A stretch of 64,000 bases of DNA from Armatimonadota bacterium (GTDB lineage: Bacteria > Armatimonadota > SYMT01), in contig JAWLHY010000014.1 in assembly GCA_041690135.1 (NCBI GenBank), forward strand, positions 110,150 through 174,149, in the 5' to 3' direction. Positions 50,714-58,282 of this stretch are shown here, piece after piece (within the stretch, counting starts at the first letter, position 1; each line of letters starts with the position of its first letter). Under the pieces are notes generated by a model. It was not told the DNA's origin. It worked only from the letters and a program-made list of their open reading frames with translations, and ran no database searches. The translations under genes were made by a program, and so were the position numbers.

Positions 50714-51874
50714 TCAGTCCCGTTTCCGGCTCTGGCGGATCCAGGTGCGGGCGTCCTGGAGGAAACTGTCCATCTCCTCCGGGGCGGGGAAGGTGCGGGC
50801 CGGCACGACGATCGCCACGGCCGGCCCGTAGTAGAAGAAGAGGTGCTGGGGCGTTACCGCCAGGTCGTAAATGCCGGACCAGGCGAGCGTCCCGTCGCCG
50901 AGGGCTTCCGTCCAGCCGATGATGCCGTCTTCCGTGAAGGCCAGCACGCGCGGGCCGAGCACTCCCGGAAGCTCGCACATCCGCCGCAGGACCCACCGGG
51001 GCAGTAGCACCCAAAGCACCAGGGCCCCTGCCGCCACATAGAGGACACCGCCCAGGAAGCCGCCGTTCATGGCCCAGGCTCCCAGGCACGCCATGCCGGC
51101 CAGCGCGAGCAGGGTGGTTCGCAGTCCCTGGTGCAACAGGTGATGTCGTACGAACTCTTGGATGTCCTCCGCGTGGAGTTCGTAGCTCAACACCAGCGCC
51201 CCATCCGGGATGGTGATCACCTCCGAGCCGGTCGTGAGGCCATGCCAGGCGCTCATCCGCGCGGCGTCCCGGAAACGGCGGGCGGTGGTCAGGAAGTGCT
51301 CCGAAGCCTCGTGGTCGAAGAAGGCGCTGCGGGGAACGATGACCGTCTGGAAGTGGTTGATCCGGAAATAGATCGCGGCCGGAGTTGCGGTGATGCTCTG
51401 GACCGTGGTCCACTCGTGCCGGCCCTCCGCCACCTGCGAAAGGTGCGTCAGGCCGCTTGGAAACACCTCCACCGCGTGGGGGCCCAGCAATCCGGGGGTG
51501 TGTACCGCATGCCGGGTGAGGGCTCGCGGATAGAAGTAGAGGAACAGGGGATAGGCCACGAACAGCCCGCCCGTGGCCACCAGGAGACCGACGAGGAACG
51601 CCTGAGCCTCCATTCCTCCCTCGCCCAGCGACTGCGCGAAAGCCAGCAGGGCGGCAATCAGCACCGCCAGGGGATACCCGAGCAACAGCGGCTGTTGGAT
51701 TTGCCGGTCGTGCCGCACGTGGTACCGCGAGTAGGCCAGGAGATCCGCGCGGGTCAGCTCGAAATGCACGACCAGGCCGGGTTCGATGGGGGGTGCTTCG
51801 GCAGCCATAAGCGCGTGAGGAGGGGTTCCGGTGCTCGTCGGGTGGGAGATGTGGTGGAGAGCCGCCCCGGACAC
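50714..51874 (-). CDS. Membrane protein with two tandem YcxB-like modules
   Basis: Two homologous halves, each two TM helices + PG.LGP + W..I/V + IVP.R/S.F. Start may be 51808. Confidence 0.75.
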   Translation of the reverse strand: MSGAALHHISHPTSTGTPPHALMAAEAPPIEPGLVVHFELTRADLLAYSRYHVRHDRQIQQPLLLGYPLAVLIAALLAFAQSLGEGGMEAQAFLVGLLVATGGLFVAYPLFLYFYPRALTRHAVHTPGLLGPHAVEVFPSGLTHLSQVAEGRHEWTTVQSITATPAAIYFRINHFQTVIVPRSAFFDHEASEHFLTTARRFRDAARMSAWHGLTTGSEVITIPDGALVLSYELHAEDIQEFVRHHLLHQGLRTTLLALAGMACLGAWAMNGGFLGGVLYVAAGALVLWVLLPRWVLRRMCELPGVLGPRVLAFTEDGIIGWTEALGDGTLAWSGIYDLAVTPQHLFFYYGPAVAIVVPARTFPAPEEMDSFLQDARTWIRQSRKRD

Positions 51875-51887
51875 GTACTCCCTGTTG

Positions 51888-52085
51888 CTATTCTCGGGCT
51901 TTGGGGGCGTTTCCCGGCAGGCGGAGGTTGAGGCTTTCCCGTTCGACGGGACGCTGATCCACCCGTTGCCACACCTGAAGCAGGTACCAGGTAATCCCCA
52001 GCACGACCAGCAGGACCACGATCAACGGCGCGATGTACTCCGTGGGCCGCATGGCGGACCGGGGTTGCTCGGTGGATTTCGTCAT
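51888..52085 (-). CDS. Small single-TM hypothetical protein
   Basis: YIAPLIVVLLVVLGITWYLL; start uncertain (52145, 52085 or 52052). Confidence 0.5.
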   Translation of the reverse strand: MTKSTEQPRSAMRPTEYIAPLIVVLLVVLGITWYLLQVWQRVDQRPVERESLNLRLPGNAPKARE

Positions 52086-52225
52086 AGATGCTTTGATTTG
52101 TTCGTCCAGGAGGCGTCGTGTACCTACGAGGACTTCACTCTGCAATAGCCCCGTGGGTGCGTACCACCTGGGCGAGGACAGTTCGTGCGTGAAATAGCAA
52201 AACAGGAGGCCGCTTCCCCGGAGGA

Positions 52226-52267
52226 CCTCATCCCCCTAGCCCCCTTCTCCGACGCAGAGAAGGGGGA
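52226..52267. repeat. C-rich REP-like hairpin downstream of arc
   Basis: cctcatccccctag-CCCCCTTCTC-cgacgca-GAGAAGGGGG. Confidence 0.55.
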
Positions 52268-52314
52268 AGTCCCTCGCACCAGTTCGGCGTGTTCGTTTGC
52301 ATCTGCCCCACCCC

Positions 52315-54045
52315 CTAGATCACGTTGCGGCGGGCCACCTGCTGGCTGCGGTCCTGCCGGATCGGCTTCAACGTGACGACGTTCTCCGGCTCATAGTCGA
52401 GTAGCTTGAGCCAGTCTTCCTGGGTGTCCGTCTTCGGGAAGATCTCGTTTTCCTTGTACTCCACCCGGATCGCCCGCTGCAGGTCTTCCAGGCCCACGCC
52501 CTGCTCGAAATCCTTGGTCGCGATGGCGCGCTTGATGGCGTAGTCCTTGGCCCGCTCCACCACGCTGCGGATCAGCGCTCCGGAGAGGAGGTCCTTCCAG
52601 TAGAGACGCTCCACGCCGCCGTTCCGGAGGTGCACCTCCAGGAATTCCGTGTCCTCGTTCCGGCGGAAGAGGAACTGGAGCGCTCCCTCGATGAGGGCTT
52701 CCCGTGCCCCCTCCACGCCTCCGTGTTCGGACAGGGTCGCGGGGTCGTACGGAATGCCCGCGTGCAGGTAGATGCCGAGGATCTCCCGCGCCGCCTTCCG
52801 GTCGGGGCGGACGACCTTTACCTTGCGGTCGATGCGCTCCGGGCGCAGGATCGCCGGGTCGATGTAGTCCGGGCGGTTGGATGTGAGCATCACCACCACG
52901 TTCTCCATCGATACGAGGCCGTCCATCTCCGCCGCGAACTGCGGGACCACCGTGTTCGCGATGTTGAGGTACCGTCCGCTGCTCCGGGTCCGCAGGATCG
53001 CCTCCGCCTCGTCGATGAAGATGAAGACGAGCCGCCCTTCTTTCGCCTTCTCGCGGGCCTGGGCGAAGATCTCCCGCACGATGCGCTCGCTCTCGCCAAG
53101 CCACATGTTCAGGATCTTGGGGCCGTTGATGAACATGAAGTACTCCTCCACGTCCCGGCCGACCCGCTCGCTGTACTCCCGCGTGAGGTTGTAGGCGGTC
53201 GCCTTGCCGATGAGCGTCTTGCCGCAGCCCGGCGGGCCGTACAGCAAGATGCCTTTCAGCGGGCGCTTTTCGAATTTCGCGTAGAGATCGGGATAAAGCA
53301 GCGGGTGTTCGATCGCATCCCGGATGACCTGGATCGCCTCTTCCTGGCCGCCCACGCGGTCCCACGGGATCTCCGGCACCTCTTCCAGGTAGTAGTCGCG
53401 CACGTCCTGCTGCGGGAAGTGCTCCAGCGCCACCCGGAAGTTCGGCTCCACGCGGACCTCGTCCCCCTGCTTGAGCTTCGCTTCCCCCAGGGGCGCCGAG
53501 CGAAGCACAACCCGGCTGGACTGGCCCGCGGCATCCATCGAGACGCGGAGCCGCTCGCCCAGCACCTCGGCGATCTTGACGATGGCGCCGTTCGGCCAGG
53601 GCCCCAGGTCGCCCACGATGGCGTAGGCCTCGTTGAGCTTCACGCGCGTGCCCACCTGGAGGTCCGGGTTCTCCAGCTTCGGATCGAGGCTGCAAACGAA
53701 CTCCCCATCGCCCATGGCGACGCTGGCGTAGCCGTCCGGGGTTTCGCCCAGGTAGGTGCCCACCCGGTTGGCGGGCGACGTCAGCTTCTGGTAGGCCTCT
53801 TCGTACTCGGCCAGGAGCTTCTGCGCCTCTTCGAACTGCGCCTCGTCCGTCTCCAGTTGGTGGCGGAGCAGGAGCAGGTAATTGGTGAGGCGCGGGTCCT
53901 CGCCGTTCACGTGCGCCAGGATCCGGTCCACCAGCGCCAGCGCGCGGTAGGTCGTATCCGGCGCTCGCGGACCGTCTTCCTCTCGCCCATAGCCGCCCCG
54001 GCGCTCCTCGCGTGGGTCGAAAGATCTATCTTCTCGTTTAGACAA
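52315..54045 (-). CDS. arc: Proteasomal AAA+ ATPase (ARC/Mpa)
   Basis: Coiled coil ending KLTSPANR, tandem OB region, VGGQ, GPPGCGKT, FIFIDE, SNRPDYIDPAILRP.RIDRK, LSGA. TTG start at 54045 (SD AGGA) or 54063. Confidence 0.93.
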   Translation of the reverse strand: MSKREDRSFDPREERRGGYGREEDGPRAPDTTYRALALVDRILAHVNGEDPRLTNYLLLLRHQLETDEAQFEEAQKLLAEYEEAYQKLTSPANRVGTYLGETPDGYASVAMGDGEFVCSLDPKLENPDLQVGTRVKLNEAYAIVGDLGPWPNGAIVKIAEVLGERLRVSMDAAGQSSRVVLRSAPLGEAKLKQGDEVRVEPNFRVALEHFPQQDVRDYYLEEVPEIPWDRVGGQEEAIQVIRDAIEHPLLYPDLYAKFEKRPLKGILLYGPPGCGKTLIGKATAYNLTREYSERVGRDVEEYFMFINGPKILNMWLGESERIVREIFAQAREKAKEGRLVFIFIDEAEAILRTRSSGRYLNIANTVVPQFAAEMDGLVSMENVVVMLTSNRPDYIDPAILRPERIDRKVKVVRPDRKAAREILGIYLHAGIPYDPATLSEHGGVEGAREALIEGALQFLFRRNEDTEFLEVHLRNGGVERLYWKDLLSGALIRSVVERAKDYAIKRAIATKDFEQGVGLEDLQRAIRVEYKENEIFPKTDTQEDWLKLLDYEPENVVTLKPIRQDRSQQVARRNVI

Positions 54046-54067
54046 CGTCAAATTCCTGGTCAATCGT

Positions 54068-54095
54068 TTAGACGAGTCGATGTTAGTCGCTTTCC
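54068..54095 (-). promoter_or_regulatory. Candidate ECF-sigma promoter of arc (GGAAA-N16-CGTCTAA)
   Basis: Directly upstream of the arc ribosome-binding site. Confidence 0.4.
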
Positions 54096-54369
54096 CCGCG
54101 TTTGTCAGCCCGCGACGCCCCGGAGCGCGGATGTCCCGGTGAAGTCGATTTACGGTAGTGGGAAGCTGTCCCTGGGCAACCCGCTCGCGGAAACCTCGGA
54201 AGATTGGCTTGCCGTCATGAGGAAAGCCGCCTCCCCTTCCCAGGTTATCTTGGGCAGGTCAATGACACTGGGAGGGATGAATCAGTAGTATGCCAAATAA
54301 ATAAGTACCAGCCTGCTTGGCCGGTATGCGATGGGCCGTGTTTGCAGAGACAAGTTGCAGGAGCAATAG

Positions 54370-56238
54370 ATGCGCAAAACCACCTTTATGATCGATCCTA
54401 AATGTTCCGTGAGCCTTTCAGCCATTGTTGCCCGAAAGGAACGGAACATGGGATTTAGCAGCGCTGCACGTGCTGCAGGGTTTGAACCGACTGATCCCAA
54501 CATCATCCAGGAGACGGACCTGGTACCGGTGATCCTCTCCGCAACCGACGCTGATGCCCTACTCGATCAACTGCCGGATCTGACAGATACAGAAAGCGTA
54601 GAGTCTATCACAAAAAATGTATCGTATGCGGGGGTGGCTGGGAGCCGGCGTTCTAGCCTGGCCAGCTTGGCGTCAGGCACACCAGCCATTTTGTCAGCAC
54701 ATGTCGGGGCCAATACGCTGGCTGCGCTGATGACAAATCCACAGGTGGAGCGAATGCAGACTAAGAAGGAGAGTAAGCTCCACCTACCGACAGCCCTTCC
54801 GGATATCCGTCTCCTGCTTGCCGCCACTGGGGAACGGGCCGTACCAGAAACGGGCCGCGAGGTCATGATCGGAGTCGTCGATTCTGGTTTCGACTTATCC
54901 CATCCGATGTTCCGCGATGCACAGGGACGGCTGCGTGTCGACGGTTTGCTCGATCAGACTTCAGGAAACCGTGCCTACTCCCACGCGGAATTGGAGAGAG
55001 GATGGGCGAATGGCCGACGAGGACCGGGCGCCGATAACAATGGCCACGGAACTCATGTAGCAACCATCGCGGGAGGCAGTCGGTTCCAAGACATCGAGGG
55101 AGTGGCGCCCGAGGCTCGGTTCCTATTGGTTAAGACTAACTTCCGCGATACGGATTCAGCCGTCTTTTGGATTTTCCAAAAGGCTGGCACCCGCGCATGT
55201 GTCGTGAACTTGAGCCTGGGCCATCACTTCGGCGCACACGACGGCACGGATCTAGAGGAGCGGTTTCATCGCCAGATTACCGGACCCGGGAAGATCATCG
55301 TGGTTTCCGCGGGCAATGAGCGAACCGACAACCTGCACGTGGGTAGCCGGTTTGCTCCGGGGCAAGTACAGGAAGTCCAGTTCGATGTGGGACGCCAGCA
55401 GAACAGGGCGCCCTTTCTGGCCCTCACCTTCTGGTATAGCCAACTTGACCAGTTCGAGTTCAGCTTGCTTACCCCGAGTGGGCAGACCCTACCTTTCCCG
55501 GCCATCAACAGCACGGATAACTATCAATCATCCGGATTGGACATTGAAGTTTCGCTGCGTCCATACGCTTGGAGTAATTCCATTCAGGCACAGGTCGCGC
55601 TGAGTTTCAAGAGCGTGAATGCGCGCGATCGGGACCTGCGTGGCTGGCGGATACGGATGCGTTGTGTGACCGCCGTTATTGGACGACTCGATGGATGGCT
55701 CCACAATTCGGGGTTTGGTAGCTTCCGCGATCATTCAATGATAGAACGAGCGCGCACAATCGGCCTGGCTGCTACCGGCGATGGGTGTATTGCCGTAGCC
55801 AGCCACGTCACGCAGACGCGCTGGACAGGGGATTTGGGAGTTGCGGAAGACACTCGTGCGGTCCTGGAGCGATCCAGTGACTTCTCGAGCCAGGGACCCA
55901 CGCGGGATGGACGTTGGAAGCCGGATATTTCTGCTCCTGGACAATACCTTACCGCGGCGCTTGCCGATGGCTCGGAGATGGCGGATTGGGACGAGCGAGC
56001 TAGCGTGCAACAGAGATTGCTGACGATCGAGGGAACCAGCATGGCCGCACCTATGGTTTCCGGCGCGATAGCTCTTTTGCTTCAGCGGAAGCCCAACCTC
56101 ACAGTTGAACAGATCCGTACCCTGATGGGCAAAACCGCCCGACGCGATGCTCACACGGGACCAGGGCAGTGGAACCCATCGTACGGTTTCGGGAAGATTG
56201 ATGTCGCGGAAGCAGTGAACCAGATAGATTCGGTGTAG
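54370..56238 (+). CDS. S8 subtilase (CspA-like architecture), no signal peptide, lower GC
   Basis: Catalytic VVDSG, HGTHVA, SAGNE, GTSMAAP; an inserted beta domain; N-terminal prodomain; SD GGAG. Confidence 0.93.
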   Translation: MRKTTFMIDPKCSVSLSAIVARKERNMGFSSAARAAGFEPTDPNIIQETDLVPVILSATDADALLDQLPDLTDTESVESITKNVSYAGVAGSRRSSLASLASGTPAILSAHVGANTLAALMTNPQVERMQTKKESKLHLPTALPDIRLLLAATGERAVPETGREVMIGVVDSGFDLSHPMFRDAQGRLRVDGLLDQTSGNRAYSHAELERGWANGRRGPGADNNGHGTHVATIAGGSRFQDIEGVAPEARFLLVKTNFRDTDSAVFWIFQKAGTRACVVNLSLGHHFGAHDGTDLEERFHRQITGPGKIIVVSAGNERTDNLHVGSRFAPGQVQEVQFDVGRQQNRAPFLALTFWYSQLDQFEFSLLTPSGQTLPFPAINSTDNYQSSGLDIEVSLRPYAWSNSIQAQVALSFKSVNARDRDLRGWRIRMRCVTAVIGRLDGWLHNSGFGSFRDHSMIERARTIGLAATGDGCIAVASHVTQTRWTGDLGVAEDTRAVLERSSDFSSQGPTRDGRWKPDISAPGQYLTAALADGSEMADWDERASVQQRLLTIEGTSMAAPMVSGAIALLLQRKPNLTVEQIRTLMGKTARRDAHTGPGQWNPSYGFGKIDVAEAVNQIDSV

Positions 56239-56285
56239 TGATCAGGGTACGGTTTCGGGTACACTCATCTGAGAGGAGCTCGAAA

Positions 56286-56543
56286 GTGTTCTTAAAGAAA
56301 GTTCCGTCCAGTGAAGCAGAGGCTATGCGAGCCGCGGCCCCCCCGGAAACGGTGATGGTTGAGCCATTGCCCGGCCACACCGATGAGGAAGTTGCGTCCG
56401 TACTGGCAGCATCCGGTGCACGGTCGGTGCAAATTCTCACTCCCGGCTTCATTTCGGCCGAAGTAGACGGGGTGTCTCGGGAAGCGGTGACGGGTATCGC
56501 ACAAGTTCACCCAAAGGTGCTCAAATCACCCCGATACGTGTAA
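56286..56543 (+). CDS. Small protein, possible stand-alone propeptide/I9-like inhibitor
   Basis: GTG after GAGGAG (alternative start 56238). Beta-alpha-beta-beta-alpha-beta pattern; GFISAEV resembles prodomain ILSAHV. Confidence 0.65.
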   Translation: MFLKKVPSSEAEAMRAAAPPETVMVEPLPGHTDEEVASVLAASGARSVQILTPGFISAEVDGVSREAVTGIAQVHPKVLKSPRYV

Positions 56544-56576
56544 AAGGGCAGGTGGGCAATGTCCCCACCTGCCCTT
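56544..56576. terminator. Hairpin terminator between convergent genes
   Basis: AAGGGCAGGTGGG-caatgtc-CCCACCTGCCCTT, a 13-bp perfect stem. Confidence 0.75.
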
Positions 56577-56767
56577 CAGCAGCCCTGTTGTTAGGGTAGT
56601 CGGAATAGTATATGGACTACCGGCATAGGCGAACGCTGCAGAACGCTTTCGTTTCCGCGCCCTGACAATCGCACTCTATAACGCCCGCAGGTTGAAGCTG
56701 CCACGGGTTTGCAAAGTGGCCATCGTCGACGGGCGAGGATCGACGGCTTGAACCCCAGCGTCAGTCG

Positions 56768-57130
56768 CTACGGCAAGGAGGCCTGGAGCTTGCCTTCCGT
56801 ATCGTAGAGCACGAAATCGCCGCCGGTTTCGTCCGCGAACAGCAGCGCCACCGTTTTGCCGTTGGCCCCGCAGATGCTGATGCTTCCGCCCGTGGGGATG
56901 ATGTCCAGCACCAGGGCGGTGTCGCCCGCGGCGTTCAGCACGCGCAGCGTGGGCCCCGTGTCGCCCAGGTCCATGTCGAGCATCGTCTTCCCCTGGCTAT
57001 CGACCACCCGGAACGGCCCGCTCACTGTCACTCCATCCTCGGGGTTGATCGTGAGGCGCTTACTGAGCGTGGCGAGTTGCTCCTCGGCGCGGGCCAGGCG
57101 TTCTTCCAGTTCTTTCAGGCGTTGTTCCAT
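56768..57130 (-). CDS. Hypothetical protein: coiled coil plus beta-hairpin repeats
   Basis: MEQRLKELEERLARAEEQL, then ~22-aa repeats (G..L...D..GK); SD GAGGGG. Confidence 0.75.
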   Translation of the reverse strand: MEQRLKELEERLARAEEQLATLSKRLTINPEDGVTVSGPFRVVDSQGKTMLDMDLGDTGPTLRVLNAAGDTALVLDIIPTGGSISICGANGKTVALLFADETGGDFVLYDTEGKLQASLP

Positions 57131-57242
57131 AGCGTCCCCTCTTGTTTTCCAGTTTGCCCGCTTTCCCGACCGGTCCAACCGGTTTTCTGTAGGTGAGGGT
57201 GCGCTTGTTGTGGAAGGTCATCCGGGGCCTGGGAGCCCTGGA

Positions 57243-58100
57243 CCCGCCCAGGGCTGAACCCCTGGGCTCTGGTACGACACGGTCCCCGCACCCCCTCGGG
57301 GCGTAAACCTGCGCGGGCACAAGTCACGCACTCAAGCACCGGTGAAGTCCGGATGTTCGCCCACGCCCTTCTGCCTATCCCGGGTACTCCAGACGCTGTC
57401 TTGTGCCCCCACCGGGCGCCTACGGAGGTAGGCGCCGTGCATTACCCGAGCCCGCCCGTTCAGGGGTGGGGCGGATCGTGGACCGGGACCCGCCCAGGTT
57501 CGGGATCCGCCCAGGGCTGAACCCCTGGGCTTTGGTACCGCACGCTGCCCGCCTCCGCGGGCACCCATCACGCGCGTTGGTCGAGCGTAGGTTCTGGGTG
57601 TTGTCTGACGCAAGTACCCATGTCCGGTTAACCCACCGTCGTCCTGAGCACCCACCGGGCGCCCGCGGAGGCGGGCAGCGTGCATTACCCGAGCCCACCC
57701 GTTCAGGGGTGGGGCGGATCGAGGACGGGAACCCGTCGAGGGCTGAACCCCTGGGCTCTGGTATGACACGGTCCCCGCCTGCGCGGGCACCGCTCGCGCG
57801 CACCAGGCGAACGTAGCAAGGGGATGTTGATCGACGCAAATACCCATGTGCGGTTAACCTACCGTCGTCCTGAGCACCCACCGGGCGCCCGCGGAGGCGG
57901 GCAGCGTGCATTGCCCGAGCCCACCCGTTTAGGGTCGGGGCGGATCGAGGACGGGAACCCGTCGAGGGCTGGACCCTCCATGCGAACGCATGCGCTGGGT
58001 TCCGGAACGGCACGGTGCCCACACCCCCGCGGGGCGTAAACCTCCATTGGCACCTCTCACGCGCGTTGGGCGAGCGTCGTTTCGAGGTGTTGGCTGACGC
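57243..58100. repeat. BIME-like array of alternating inverted REP units, ~230-260 bp period
   Basis: Forward units at ~57245, 57507, 57734, 57960; inverted units at ~57415, 57659, 57885; linkers partly conserved. Confidence 0.9.
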
Positions 58101-58282
58101 CCTTCTGCTGGTCCGAGGGATCCCCGCCGCCGCACTGCGACCTCACCGAGCCCCCGCCCCTTTCATCCTTCATCCTTCCGCCTTCATTCTTTAGGAAGCC
58201 TCTTCCCGATCCTTATCTTTGTCCTCATCTTGATCCGCGAAGCCGCAGGGGAAACTCCGCGGTCCGGGAAACCGTAGCTCGG

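Noticed and set aside
54034-54073. Direct repeat TCGTTTAGAC at the arc start as an operator
   Set aside because: One copy is within the probable coding start and the other is explained by the candidate -10 element; two copies are insufficient evidence.
57243-58100. Possible CRISPR array
   Set aside because: Units alternate in orientation, the period is ~230-260 bp, linkers are homologous rather than unique, and no cas genes are present. It fits a REP/BIME array.
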